The notes beneath the pieces are model-generated. The model was given only the letters and a program-made list of their open reading frames with translations. It searched no databases and was not told where the DNA came from. A stretch of 64,000 nucleotides of DNA from Candidatus Latescibacterota bacterium (GTDB taxonomy: Bacteria > Latescibacterota > UBA2968 > GCA-2709665), in contig OZ242358.1 of assembly GCA_965208835.1 (NCBI GenBank), positions 160,001-224,000 on the forward strand, written 5' to 3'. Below are positions 1 through 12,000 of the stretch, piece after piece (the first letter of the stretch is position 1; each line of letters begins with the position of its first letter). The position numbers and the translations under genes are program-made.

Positions 1-866
1 CGGCGCCATCCGAAGACTTTCCTGAACTACCCGACGAAATCGAGGGCCCGGAGATGGTTTTCGATAACGGAGAAGATGCGACCGAGGGTAGCGGCGAAGG
101 TCCGTTGTTGCGGGACATGATATTGAAGACGTCGTTTGCCGTATCCAGAGATGAAACCAGACCTGTCCTGAACGGCGTGTTCTGGAGAGTTGGGGGCGGC
201 CGGACGACCATGGTCGCCACGGACGGCGCAAGGCTGGTCAGATACTCCAGGACGCTCTCTCGTTCCGGCGAGGAGGAAGTCTCAACCGAAGCAATCGTTC
301 CCACGCGGGCGCTGAACCATCTGGTGAAGCTGGATTCCGCCGGATGCAGCCTGGGCCGGGTACTGTTCGGTCAGAATCACCTCGTGTTCGATCTGCAGGC
401 GGCCAATGGCTCCGAGACGGGCGCAGGGGGCGCCATACGTCTGTTTTCCCGTCTCGTCGAAGGGCCCTATGTAGACTACGAACAGGTGATCCCACAAGAC
501 AATGCCACCAGAATGAAGGTGCCCAACGACCAGTTCATGCCTGCCGTCCGACGGGTCTCGATCCTTTCCAGTGCGCAGACGCACCAGGTCCGGCTGGAAA
601 TGAACAACGACCGCGTTGTACTCTCGGCCTCGAGCCAGGAGATTGGGGGCGAGGCCCGCGAGGAGCTGGAAGCCGAATACAGCGGGAACGAAATGGTGGT
701 CGGTTACAATTCGAACTATCTCCTCGATATTCTCAGGCGTATCGACTCCGAGCAGGTATTGTTCGAGCTGGACGGGCCTATGGCCGCGGGGATCATCCGC
801 CCGGCAGAGCAGCCGGAAGGTGAAGACTACCTGTGCCTGCTGATGCCGCTGCGGATAAACGACTGA
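1..866 (+). CDS. dnaN: DNA polymerase III beta sliding clamp (5'-truncated by window edge)
   Basis: Frame open from window start (APSEDFPELP); motifs DETRPVLNGV, MVATDGARL, GYNSNYLLDIL, C-terminal LLMPLR; followed by recF. Confidence 0.97.
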   Translation, partial: APSEDFPELPDEIEGPEMVFDNGEDATEGSGEGPLLRDMILKTSFAVSRDETRPVLNGVFWRVGGGRTTMVATDGARLVRYSRTLSRSGEEEVSTEAIVPTRALNHLVKLDSAGCSLGRVLFGQNHLVFDLQAANGSETGAGGAIRLFSRLVEGPYVDYEQVIPQDNATRMKVPNDQFMPAVRRVSILSSAQTHQVRLEMNNDRVVLSASSQEIGGEAREELEAEYSGNEMVVGYNSNYLLDILRRIDSEQVLFELDGPMAAGIIRPAEQPEGEDYLCLLMPLRIND

Positions 867-879
867 TGGGCGAAGGGTT

Positions 880-1962
880 TTGTTCCTTACGGCGCTCAAG
901 CTTGTCAACTATCGAAATTTCGATGCCGTCGACCTTGAGTTTCCGGGCCGGAAGACCGCGGTTTGCGCCGAAAACGGCGCGGGCAAGTCGAACCTTCTGG
1001 AAGCCATATACTTCCTTGCCATAGCCAGGTCCGGTCGGGGCTCGAGAGACAGGGACGTCGTCCGGTGGGGGGCGGAATACTTCAGCATTGAGGCGTCCAT
1101 TGCCTATGAAGACCGCTCGAGGTCGATCCGAATCGCGTTCGATCGACGCGCGGGTAAAAAAAGGGCGCTTCTGGATACAGCCCCACTCCCCCGCCTGTCG
1201 AGCCTTGTCGGCACGTTTAACGCCGTTCTGTTCTTCCCGGAAGATGTAGACCTGGTCTTGCGGGATCCCCCCCAGCGTCGCCGTCTCCTGGACATCCTTG
1301 TTTCTCAGTGCAAGACCTCCTATCTGTCCGATCTGGATCAATACCGTCGTGTACTGGCCCAGAGAAACTGGCTGCTGAAAGAACGTCAGGGAAAGGCGCC
1401 GGATGCCCGCCAACTCGCGCCCTGGGACGTTCAACTGGCTGCGCTCGGGGCGCGGATCATTCGCGACAGGCTGGACGCGCTGGACGCGATGAAGCCCGCA
1501 ATCGATGAATATTATCGACAGATTTCGACGGGAAAGGAACAGATCGGGTCCGTTTATCGAAGTCCCGTGAAGGCAGACGAACGAGACCGCGGTCAGCAGA
1601 TTCTGGAGTCCGAACTGAAGCAACGGCGGGCGGACGAAGCGGATCTGGGCTACACGCTGGTCGGCCCGCACAGGGACAACCTGGTTTTCACGCTGGATAG
1701 CCGAAGCGCGCACAAATTCGCATCCAAGGGTCAGCTCAAGAGCATTCTGTTGGCCTGGAAGCTCGCGGAGGCCGCGTATCTGGAGTGCCACACCGGCCAT
1801 TTCCCGGTGCTGCTGATGGACGACGTCTTCGCGGAGTTGGACCGACACCGATCAGAAGCGGCTATGGAGCTGGTCACTTCATTCGGACAGGTGTTCATCA
1901 CCGCCGCGCGCGAATTCGGAGACAATTTCGAAGATCGAGGATTTCAAGGGGTGACAATATAG
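880..1962 (+). CDS. recF: DNA replication/repair protein RecF
   Basis: NYRN, Walker A NGAGKSNLLEAI, GPHRD, SKGQ, LLMDDVFAELD; dnaN-recF synteny. Confidence 0.97.
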   Translation: MFLTALKLVNYRNFDAVDLEFPGRKTAVCAENGAGKSNLLEAIYFLAIARSGRGSRDRDVVRWGAEYFSIEASIAYEDRSRSIRIAFDRRAGKKRALLDTAPLPRLSSLVGTFNAVLFFPEDVDLVLRDPPQRRRLLDILVSQCKTSYLSDLDQYRRVLAQRNWLLKERQGKAPDARQLAPWDVQLAALGARIIRDRLDALDAMKPAIDEYYRQISTGKEQIGSVYRSPVKADERDRGQQILESELKQRRADEADLGYTLVGPHRDNLVFTLDSRSAHKFASKGQLKSILLAWKLAEAAYLECHTGHFPVLLMDDVFAELDRHRSEAAMELVTSFGQVFITAAREFGDNFEDRGFQGVTI

Positions 1963-2061
1963 CGCGCAAGGCGCCTGTGCAAAGGCGACCCGCGCAATGA
2001 CACCGCGGCGAGACGGGATGAATCTGCGATCGATTGGTTAGGCATTTTCGGGACGGAACAC
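1962..2061. repeat. Degenerate, internally deleted copy (reverse orientation) of the 27384-27552 MITE
   Basis: GCGAGACGGGATGAATC...ATTTTCGGGACGGAACAC matches the reverse complement of 27388-27440; 1962-1994 resembles the element core. Confidence 0.7.
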
Positions 2062-2066
2062 GACAA

Positions 2067-2408
2067 ATGGGGTCCTTTCAAGAAATCGGTAGCCGGACGC
2101 ACCGGACCGGCGCAGGCACCGTTACGCTGCGAGAGGCTCTGGGGGAGGCCGTACGCGCGCTGGGCATCGGGAAGAAGCTGCTGGAGCAGCGCGCGTTGAT
2201 GCTATTGCCGGAATTGATAGACGAACTTACTGGGGGCTTGCCGGACCCAATGGCCCGACCGGCCGAGATTCGCCGGGGCGAACTCGTCATCTGGATCAGA
2301 CAGGACGCCGTGCGTCACCGGCTGTCGATCGAACGACACCGTATAAAGTCCAGGTTGAACGAGACGCTGGGACGGGAGGTCGTTACTTCCATCCGTTTCG
2401 GCAGGTGA
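2067..2408 (+). CDS. DUF721/DciA-like helicase loader protein
   Basis: ~113 aa between recF and gyrB, the typical DUF721 position; C-terminal LNETLGREVVTSIRF; ATG 2067 preferred over TTG 2034, which lies inside the repeat. Confidence 0.75.
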   Translation: MGSFQEIGSRTHRTGAGTVTLREALGEAVRALGIGKKLLEQRALMLLPELIDELTGGLPDPMARPAEIRRGELVIWIRQDAVRHRLSIERHRIKSRLNETLGREVVTSIRFGR

Positions 2409-4400
<1,992 letters not shown>

Positions 4401-4471
4401 ACGCGTATGGCGCCTGTTCCTGCAGACCGCCGGGTCGGGCGCCTAAATGACAAATACGGGAGATACGAAGC

Positions 4472-6958
4472 ATGATGAGCGCTCGGCAGCGGATTGTCCC
4501 GATGGACATCGGCGATGAACTGAAGAAGTCGATGCTGGACTACTCCATGAGCACGCTGGTGAATCGTGCGTTGCCGGATGTGCGTGACGGACTGAAACCC
4601 TCGCAGCGGCGCATCCTCATTGCAATGAACGACCTGAGCCTGGGGCCCACGCGACAACACAGGAAATGCGCCAACATCGCCGGGCATACGTCCGGAAACT
4701 ACCACCCTCACGGCGAGGAAATCGTCTACCCGACGCTGGTCAACCTGGCGCAGGACTTCAAGCTGCGCTATCCGCTCGTGGACGGGCAGGGTAATTTCGG
4801 CTCGATCGACGGGTATCCTCCGGCGGCCATGCGGTATACCGAGGCGAGGATGTCCGGCGCGGGAAGCGAGATGCTGCAGGATCTCGACAAGGACACGGTT
4901 GATTTCAACCCGAATTACGACGAGCGGCTTGAAGAACCCGCCGTCCTGCCATCGCGTTTTCCGAACATGCTCTGCAACGGAGCCGTGGGAATCGCCGTGA
5001 CGATGGCGACGGCGATCCCGCCCCACAACCTCCGCGAAGTGGTCGCCGGACTGGTGGCTTTAATCGACAACCCCGACCTGGAAGTCATGGACCTCATGGA
5101 ATACATCAAAGGTCCGGACTTCCCCACCGGTGGTGTAATTTACGGGATGAGCGGCGTGCTGGACGCCTACCGTACCGGCCGCGGGTTGATCCGGGTGCGG
5201 GCGACCGCCACGGTGGAGTCCTTGAAGAACGGGCGCGAGAACATCGTCATAACTGAAATCCCGTATATGGTAGCCAAGGCCACGCTGCTGGAAAAGATGG
5301 CCGACCTGGTTCGGGAGAAGCGGGTCGAAGGGATATCCAATATTCGTGACGAATCCGACCGGAAGGGTATGCGGGTTGTCGTGGAACTGAAGCAGGACGC
5401 CTACAGCGAGGTGGTCCTGAACCAGCTGTACAAACATACACAGCTGGAAAGCACGTTCGGCGCCAATATGATTGCGCTGGTGGACCGGCAGCCCAGGCAG
5501 CTGAACCTGAAAGAGCTGCTCCAGCACTATATCGATCACCGGCACGACGTGGTGGTACGGCGCACCTCGTTCGAGCTCCAGGTGGCGGAAGACCGCGCGC
5601 ACATCCTCGAGGGCTTGAGAATCGCGCTGGATGCGATAGAGGAGGTCATTCAAATCGTCAGGGGGGCAGCGGACCCGGATGCCGCCCGGACGGTCCTGAT
5701 GGAACGGCTGTCCCTGTCCGAAAGGCAGGCACAGGCGGTATTGACGATGACCATACAGCGGCTGACGGGACTCGAACACCGCAAGATCGAAGAAGAATAC
5801 GAGGCCCTGGTCGAGGAGATCACGCGGCTCAAGTCGATCCTGGACAGCAGGCAGGAGCGAATGGAGCTTGTAAGGTCGGAACTGTCGGAAGTTGAGGCGA
5901 AGTACGGGGACGAACGACGGTCCAGCATCGTTCTGTCCGCGTCGGAGTTCAACATCGAAGACCTGATCGCCGACGAGGACATGGTCATCACCATCTCCCA
6001 TCAGGGATACATCAAACGAATCCCGGTGGACACCTACCGGCAGCAGCGCAGGGGCGGCCGCGGTGTGACGGGGATGCGGACCAAGGAAGAGGATTTCGTG
6101 GAACACCTCTTCATCGCCTCCACCCACAGCTACATTCTGTTTCTGACGGATCGGGGTCACTGTCATTGGTTGAAGGTACACGAGATACCCGAAGGCGGTC
6201 GTGTTGCCCGAGGGCGTCCGGTGGTCAACCTGATCGAGATCGGAGAGGGTCACAAGGTGGCCGCCATCGTGCCGGTCAGAGCGTTTGAGGACGGGCGTTA
6301 TCTGATGAAGGTGACGCGCAACGGACTGGTCAAGAAGACAGTCCTGCCGGCGTACAGCCGGCCCCGGCGCGCCGGGATCATCGCGATGAATATCCTCGAT
6401 GACGACCGGTTGATCGGAGCCGAAGTCACGAACGGATCACAGGAAATCGTGTTGGCAACCCGATACGGTCAGGCGATCCGGTTTCACGAACACGACGTGC
6501 GCGATATGGGCCGCGGCACCCGGGGGGTGCGGGGAATTTCCCTCGAAGATGAAGACGAAGTGGTGTGCATGGTGGTGGTACAGGACGTCGACAGCACGCT
6601 GCTTACGGTCTCCGCGAAGGGATACGGCAAGCGGACGGGGGTATCGGATTACCGGCTGACACGCCGCGGCGGCAAGGGCGTGATCAACATCAGGACAACC
6701 GATCGGAACGGTAAGGTGGTGGCGGTGAGGGGTGTGGAGGACGAGGATGAACTGATGATCGTGACTCTGAACGGCATCCTGATCCGCCAGCCGATCCACG
6801 AAATCAGTTCGATTGGAAGGAATACGCAGGGCGTGCGCCTCATCAACCTTGACGAGGAAGACCGGGTGATTGACGTAGCGCGCGTGATTTCCCCGAATAA
6901 CGGGGATGTATCGGAAGGGATTCCGCCGGAGACCGGCCCCAATGGCGACGTGCAATAG
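4472..6958 (+). CDS. gyrA: DNA gyrase subunit A
   Basis: RALPDVRDGLKP, YHPHG, catalytic AAMRYTE, GPDFPTGG, GyrA-box QRRGGRG, beta-pinwheel repeats. Confidence 0.97.
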   Translation: MMSARQRIVPMDIGDELKKSMLDYSMSTLVNRALPDVRDGLKPSQRRILIAMNDLSLGPTRQHRKCANIAGHTSGNYHPHGEEIVYPTLVNLAQDFKLRYPLVDGQGNFGSIDGYPPAAMRYTEARMSGAGSEMLQDLDKDTVDFNPNYDERLEEPAVLPSRFPNMLCNGAVGIAVTMATAIPPHNLREVVAGLVALIDNPDLEVMDLMEYIKGPDFPTGGVIYGMSGVLDAYRTGRGLIRVRATATVESLKNGRENIVITEIPYMVAKATLLEKMADLVREKRVEGISNIRDESDRKGMRVVVELKQDAYSEVVLNQLYKHTQLESTFGANMIALVDRQPRQLNLKELLQHYIDHRHDVVVRRTSFELQVAEDRAHILEGLRIALDAIEEVIQIVRGAADPDAARTVLMERLSLSERQAQAVLTMTIQRLTGLEHRKIEEEYEALVEEITRLKSILDSRQERMELVRSELSEVEAKYGDERRSSIVLSASEFNIEDLIADEDMVITISHQGYIKRIPVDTYRQQRRGGRGVTGMRTKEEDFVEHLFIASTHSYILFLTDRGHCHWLKVHEIPEGGRVARGRPVVNLIEIGEGHKVAAIVPVRAFEDGRYLMKVTRNGLVKKTVLPAYSRPRRAGIIAMNILDDDRLIGAEVTNGSQEIVLATRYGQAIRFHEHDVRDMGRGTRGVRGISLEDEDEVVCMVVVQDVDSTLLTVSAKGYGKRTGVSDYRLTRRGGKGVINIRTTDRNGKVVAVRGVEDEDELMIVTLNGILIRQPIHEISSIGRNTQGVRLINLDEEDRVIDVARVISPNNGDVSEGIPPETGPNGDVQ

Positions 6959-6989
6959 CCGCGGGGGCCGTGTTCCACAATCGCTTTTT

Positions 6990-8297
6990 CTACAGCGCTT
7001 CGATGCGAAGGATCTGCGGCGGCTCGGTGATTACCGATAGCCGATTGATTTGCTGAACCGCCGTACGCATGCTGGCTTCGCGAGCCTCGTGCGTGGTCAT
7101 GATGAGCGGCACGGTTCCCTGCTCGGTTTCGGACCGGCCGTGCTGGATTACGGTCGCGATGCTGATCTTCTGTTCGGAAAAGATGCGGGCGATCCGGGCG
7201 AGTACGCCGGGTTGATCGTATACGGTGAATCGGCAGTAAAAGCTGGTTTCGACCTCTTCGGGAGGGATGGCGTTTGCCCGGGGCAGGTCGGCGAGCGCCG
7301 GGCGGCCCACGGTCCGACCCGTCAGTCGGCGTTCGGCCAGGTCCAGCAGATCGGATACAACGGCGCTGGCTGTGGGCATTTGACCTGCGCCCCGACCGTA
7401 GAACACCTGAGGTCCCGCGGCATTCCCCACGATCTCCACGGCGTTGAATTCATCCTTGATATTCGCCAGCAGCGCCCCGGAAGGCACCAGTACGGGGTGG
7501 ACGCGGGCTTCAATCCGGTCTTGCATCGCTTTCGCAATGGCCAGAAGCTTAATGGTATATCCGAGTTCCCTGGCGAAGTCGATATCCAGTGTAGAAACGT
7601 GCGAGATGCCCTCTTTAAGGATGTTCGAGGGATCCAGGCTGACGCGGAAGGCGATGCGGCACAGGAGGGCGAGCTTCTGGGCGACGTCCGTGCCGTCGAT
7701 ATCCATTGCAGGATCCGCTTCGGCGAACCCCTTTTCCTGGGCCTCGCCGAGAATGGCTTGAAAGTCTCCGCCATCATCCGCCATCCTGGTAAGGATGTAA
7801 TTGGTGGTACCGTTGAGAATCCCGTAGATGGACTGAATCCGGTTCGCGGCCAAGCCGTCCGTCAGCGATCGGATGATAGGAATGCCGCCGCATACGCTGG
7901 CTTCATAGCCGATGTTTGCGCCATTGCGCGCGGCGGCGCTGAACAGGTCGTTTCCGTGCTCGGCGAGGAGGGCCTTGTTGGCGGTGGCCAGGTCTTTGCC
8001 GTTCTCGAGCGCTTTCAGGCAGAGGTCCCTGGCGGGGTCGAGCCCTCCCATCACTTCCACTACGATCTGGATATCCGGATCGTCAATGACCTCGCTGGCC
8101 CGGTCGGTGAGGATTTCAACGGGCAGATCACAATCGCGCGATTTGGAGGCGTCGTTCACGGCAATCCGCCTCAAGTCGAACGCGACGCCGCGAATCGAGC
8201 TGAAGTAATCCGCACGCTGTCTGAGGATGCGTACGACGCCTGCGCCGACGACGCCCAGGCCGATGAGACCGATACCGATCGGACGGTGGTTGGACAT
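6990..8297 (-). CDS. hom: Homoserine dehydrogenase with C-terminal ACT domain
   Basis: GLGVVG, TANKAL, YEASVCGGIPI, GILNGTTNYIL, GRGAG, ACT DQPGVLA; start at M39 of the listed ORF (8309 alternative). Confidence 0.95.
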   Translation of the reverse strand: MSNHRPIGIGLIGLGVVGAGVVRILRQRADYFSSIRGVAFDLRRIAVNDASKSRDCDLPVEILTDRASEVIDDPDIQIVVEVMGGLDPARDLCLKALENGKDLATANKALLAEHGNDLFSAAARNGANIGYEASVCGGIPIIRSLTDGLAANRIQSIYGILNGTTNYILTRMADDGGDFQAILGEAQEKGFAEADPAMDIDGTDVAQKLALLCRIAFRVSLDPSNILKEGISHVSTLDIDFARELGYTIKLLAIAKAMQDRIEARVHPVLVPSGALLANIKDEFNAVEIVGNAAGPQVFYGRGAGQMPTASAVVSDLLDLAERRLTGRTVGRPALADLPRANAIPPEEVETSFYCRFTVYDQPGVLARIARIFSEQKISIATVIQHGRSETEQGTVPLIMTTHEAREASMRTAVQQINRLSVITEPPQILRIEAL

Positions 8298-8386
8298 GCT
8301 TGAACCCATGCTGCATGAACATGCATTGTAATGTTTAACCGAAGCTCGTTTCCGCCGCGGAATCGAGCCCGGTACCGGTACGAAAT

Positions 8387-8553
8387 CTAGCAGCCCGTTG
8401 AAAAAGACCATCCGGGCTGCGGCCGGCCCTTGCGGTCGAATCCTGCGTTGCGCGCCCTCGCCGAATCGCAGGATGGGACTCGGTTGCGCGCCTTGTCTTC
8501 GGCCACAATGGCTCGGCCTCGCCTGCAGAGCGACTTTATCAACGGACTGCTAG
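8387..8553. mobile_element. MITE with ~16-bp imperfect TIRs flanked by CTAG duplication
   Basis: CTAG-CAGCCCGTTGAAAAAG ... CTTTATCAACGGACTG-CTAG; no plausible coding content. Confidence 0.8.
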
Positions 8554-8563
8554 GCAACGGACC

Positions 8564-8592
8564 AATATAAGACAAAGGGCAGTCGGAGGCAA
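8564..8592 (-). promoter_or_regulatory. Putative sigma70 promoter of hom
   Basis: Minus strand TTGCCT-17bp-TATATT. Confidence 0.6.
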
Positions 8593-8643
8593 GGAGGGAC
8601 ACCCGACGAAGCGCGCGCCGGCGTGGCATTTGCCTGAAAAGGC

Positions 8644-8672
8644 TTGACAGTATCGGGGGGCTATGTTATCTT
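8644..8672 (+). promoter_or_regulatory. Sigma70 promoter of tRNA-Asp
   Basis: TTGACA-17bp-TATCTT with extended -10 TG, ~50 bp upstream of the tRNA. Confidence 0.8.
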
Positions 8673-8720
8673 TACAATCGCCCGAAATGCAGGAGATCCG
8701 GGCGTTTGTTCCAGCGATGC

Positions 8721-8799
8721 GGGGTAGTAGCTCAGCATTGGTGAGAGTGCAGGCCTGTCAAGCCTGAGGTCGCGGGTTCGAGTCCCGTCTACCCCGCCA
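8721..8799 (+). tRNA. tRNA-Asp (GTC)
   Basis: Full cloverleaf: GGGGTAG/CTACCCC acceptor stem, CAGGC-CTGTCAA-GCCTG anticodon arm, GCGGG-TTCGAGT-CCCGT T arm, G73 and encoded CCA. Confidence 0.97.
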
Positions 8800-8849
8800 T
8801 TAATCGGTCTCTAAACCGCGTCCCGAATTTTGCGGGACTGCAGATTCCC

Positions 8850-8882
8850 ACCACTTCTCCCCCTGGGGAAGGGTGGTTTTTT
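8850..8882 (+). terminator. Intrinsic terminator downstream of tRNA-Asp
   Basis: Imperfect hairpin ACCACTTCTCCCC-CT-GGGGAAGGGTGGT followed by a T run. Confidence 0.6.
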
Positions 8883-8899
8883 GTGTATGTGCTGGTCAT

Positions 8900-8928
8900 G
8901 CCCGACTCAACGCAGGGTCGGGCTTTTT
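8900..8928 (+). terminator. Second intrinsic terminator before mfd
   Basis: GCCCGAC...GTCGGGC followed by TTTTT. Confidence 0.65.
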
Positions 8929-9031
8929 GGCGTTGGCGCAGATTTTGGGATCTGTGCCGCTTTTTTCGTCTTTTACCGCCGCCGTCTCCGCGTTCAGAAT
9001 CGTGACGGAGGACGGCCCATGGGAAACTTGA

Positions 9032-12000
9032 ATGTCGATCAGGCAGATATACGACACGATGGTGAAGTCGCGGCCGTTTGAGGAACTGGCGCGTCTGGTC
9101 ACCGCCCGAACGCCCGAAATTCCCGTGCGCGGGCTCCCGGGTTCGCTGACTGCGTTCGGCATTGCCTGTGTTGAGGAGTCCACGCCCGGTCCCGTATTGG
9201 TCGTGTGCGCTTCGGAGGACCGGGCAGAAGAAGTGCGTGACGATATGGAACGCATACTCGGCGCGGCGCGGGTCGGCATATTCCCGGCCTGGGGTGGGTC
9301 CCCATACGACCACCGGTCGCCTCATCTCGACGTGATGGGGCTTCGGCTGGAGTCGCTGGACCAGTTGCGGGGGCAGGGTGACGGGGTTGTGGTAGCGCCC
9401 GTGGAGGCTCTGATGAGCCATACCCTGCCGCCCGACCTGTATGATCTGGCAGTGCAGGAGATAAGGGTCGGAGAGGAGATTGCGCCTGGTAGACTGGCGG
9501 AACATCTGGTGGATGTCGGCTATGAGCGCGTCACCCTGGTCGGCGGGGTGGGTCAGTTCAGCGTGAGGGGCGGGATTCTGGACGTCTGCTCGTTTGGCAG
9601 CACGCATCCGGTCCGGATTGAGTTTTTCGGCGATGAGGTGGAGTCGATTCGAGCGTTCGATCTGGGTACGCAGCGGTCGGTGGCAAAGCGCGAAGACGTG
9701 CGGGTGCTGCCGTGCCGCGAGGCAGTCCTGACAGAGACACTGTCGGACGTGTTTGAGGACCATCTGGACGAAGCGGAACGGGAGCTTGGGACGGGCCTTG
9801 ACGGACTTCGTGAATTGATGGAGAGTCAGGGCGCGTTCGACGGGCTCGAGCATTACCTGGGCGTTCTGTACAGGGACAACACCTGCCTGCTGGACCACGT
9901 CTCGGAAGGTTATATCGTCGTGGACGACCCGGCTGCCGTGGAGACGGCCGCGGCTGACGACTGGGCCCGGGTGGAGGTGGCGGCACGGCGCCAGAAGAAG
10001 AGACGGGGAGAGCCGGAGCCGCTTCCGGCGGGTTCCGTCGCCAGTCATCCGGAGTCGATCCTGAATCGGGTGGCCGGTATGCGCAGGGTCCTGAACTGGC
10101 CTCTGGGCGGACCGTCTGAGGATGGTGTCCACTTTTCCGGCATTGGCGGACGGCGATACGAGGGCCATCTGGAAACGTTGAAGGAGGACTTGAGGAGACA
10201 TTGGCAGGCGGATTACGAGGTGGTGCTGTTGTGCGAGAGCCAGGGCCAGAAAGCGCGGTTCGAAGAACTGCTCGAAGAAGAGGAGAACCTGATAACGATT
10301 TACGTGGGGACTCTGCACAGCGGTTTTACGTATACGTCCCCTACGGCGCGTGTTGCTGTGCTGAACGATCATGAGATTTATACCCTCGCGCGCCGCCGCC
10401 GCCGTTACAGGCGATTTAAGGACGCCACGCCAATTCGCAGCATTTCAAGCCTCCGGGCCGGCGATTTCGTGGTACACGTGGACCACGGAATCGGGCGGTA
10501 CGAAGGAATTGAACATCTCACGGTCGACGGAGTCCGGCAGGACTGTCTGGCGATGTACTATCGAGGCGGGGACCGGGTGTTCGTGCCGGTCGACCAGATG
10601 GACCGGGTGCAGAAATACGCGGGACAGGACGGAATCGTTCCGGCGCTGAGCAAGCTGGGTACGGCAGCGTGGGAACGCGTAAAGGAAAAGGCCAAAAAAG
10701 AGGTCTTCAAGATGGCAGGCGAGTTGCTGTCCCTCTATGCGGAGCGAAAAGCAACACCGGGAATCGAGTTTTCGGATGACAGCGCATTCCAGAAAGCCCT
10801 GGAAGCGTCGTTTCCGTACCAGGAGACGCGGGATCAGCTCCAGACAATCAGCGACGTAAAAAAAGACATGGAACAATCGGCGCCGATGGATCGGCTGGTG
10901 TGCGGCGACGTCGGATACGGGAAGACCGAAGTGGCGGTACGGGCGGCGTTCAAGGCGGTGGCCGATGGCAAGCAGGTTGCGGTTCTGGCGCCCACCACCA
11001 TTCTCGCGCAGCAGCACTATCGCACGTTCAAGGAGCGGTTGGACGGCCTTCCGGTGACGGTCGACGTTTTGAGCCGGTTCCGAACGTCCCGGGAGCTCAG
11101 GTTGGCGCTGGACGGTCTCGCCGCCGGACGGGTGGACGTTGCGGTCGGTACACACCGCATGCTTTCGCAGGACGTCAGGTTTCGGGATCTGGGATTGCTC
11201 GTGATCGATGAAGAGCACCGGTTCGGTGTGCGCCACAAGGAGCGGCTCAAGCAGATTCGGCGGCAAGTGGATGTGCTGACGTTGACGGCGACACCGATTC
11301 CCAGGACGCTTCACATGTCCCTGATGGGCGCCCGGGATATGTCCATCATCCGTACGCCTCCCAAAGACCGGCTGCCAATCACGACCGAAGTCCTGCCGTT
11401 CGACGAGGAGCGGGTCGCGGAGGCTGTTCTGCGGGAGGTTGACCGGGGGGGACAGGTGTACTTCGTACACAACAGGGTGCAGTCGATGCCGGCCATCGTG
11501 AATTTTCTTGAAGGGCTTGTACCGCAGGTGCGGTTCGGAGTAGCCCATGGCCAGATGCCGGAAAGGCAGCTCGAAAAGGTCATGATGGATTTTCTGGACG
11601 CCAGGTACGACTGCCTGATTTCCACGATGATCATCGAATCGGGGTTGGATATCCCCAGCGTGAACACGCTGATTGTGAACCGCGCGGACCGCATGGGACT
11701 CGCGCAACTCTACCAGCTTCGCGGCCGCGTGGGCCGTTCCGCGCGGCAGGCGTTCGCGTATCTTCTGATTCCATCGTGGAAGTCCCTGAAAAAGCCGGCC
11801 GTGCGTCGCCTGCGCGCCATCGAGGAGTTTGCGGACCTTGGCTCGGGTTTCAATATCTCCATGCGGGACATGGAGATTCGGGGAACCGGCAATCTGCTGG
11901 GTGCGCAGCAGCATGGGCACATTACCGCAGTCGGCTTCGAGCTCTATTGCCGGCTGCTGGACGAGGCGATCGCCCAGATCCACGGCAACGAGACCGAGCC

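Noticed and set aside
6971-6979. TGTTCCACA as a DnaA box or parS half-site
   Set aside because: Single imperfect match with no cluster or palindrome; oriC would be expected outside the window, upstream of dnaN
8298-8411. Extended N-terminus of hom in the ORF track
   Set aside because: It begins inside the MITE; the Rossmann motif starts shortly after M39
8721-8930. tRNA-Asp as a prophage or island attachment site
   Set aside because: No integrase and no duplicated tRNA 3' end seen; flanked by core genes
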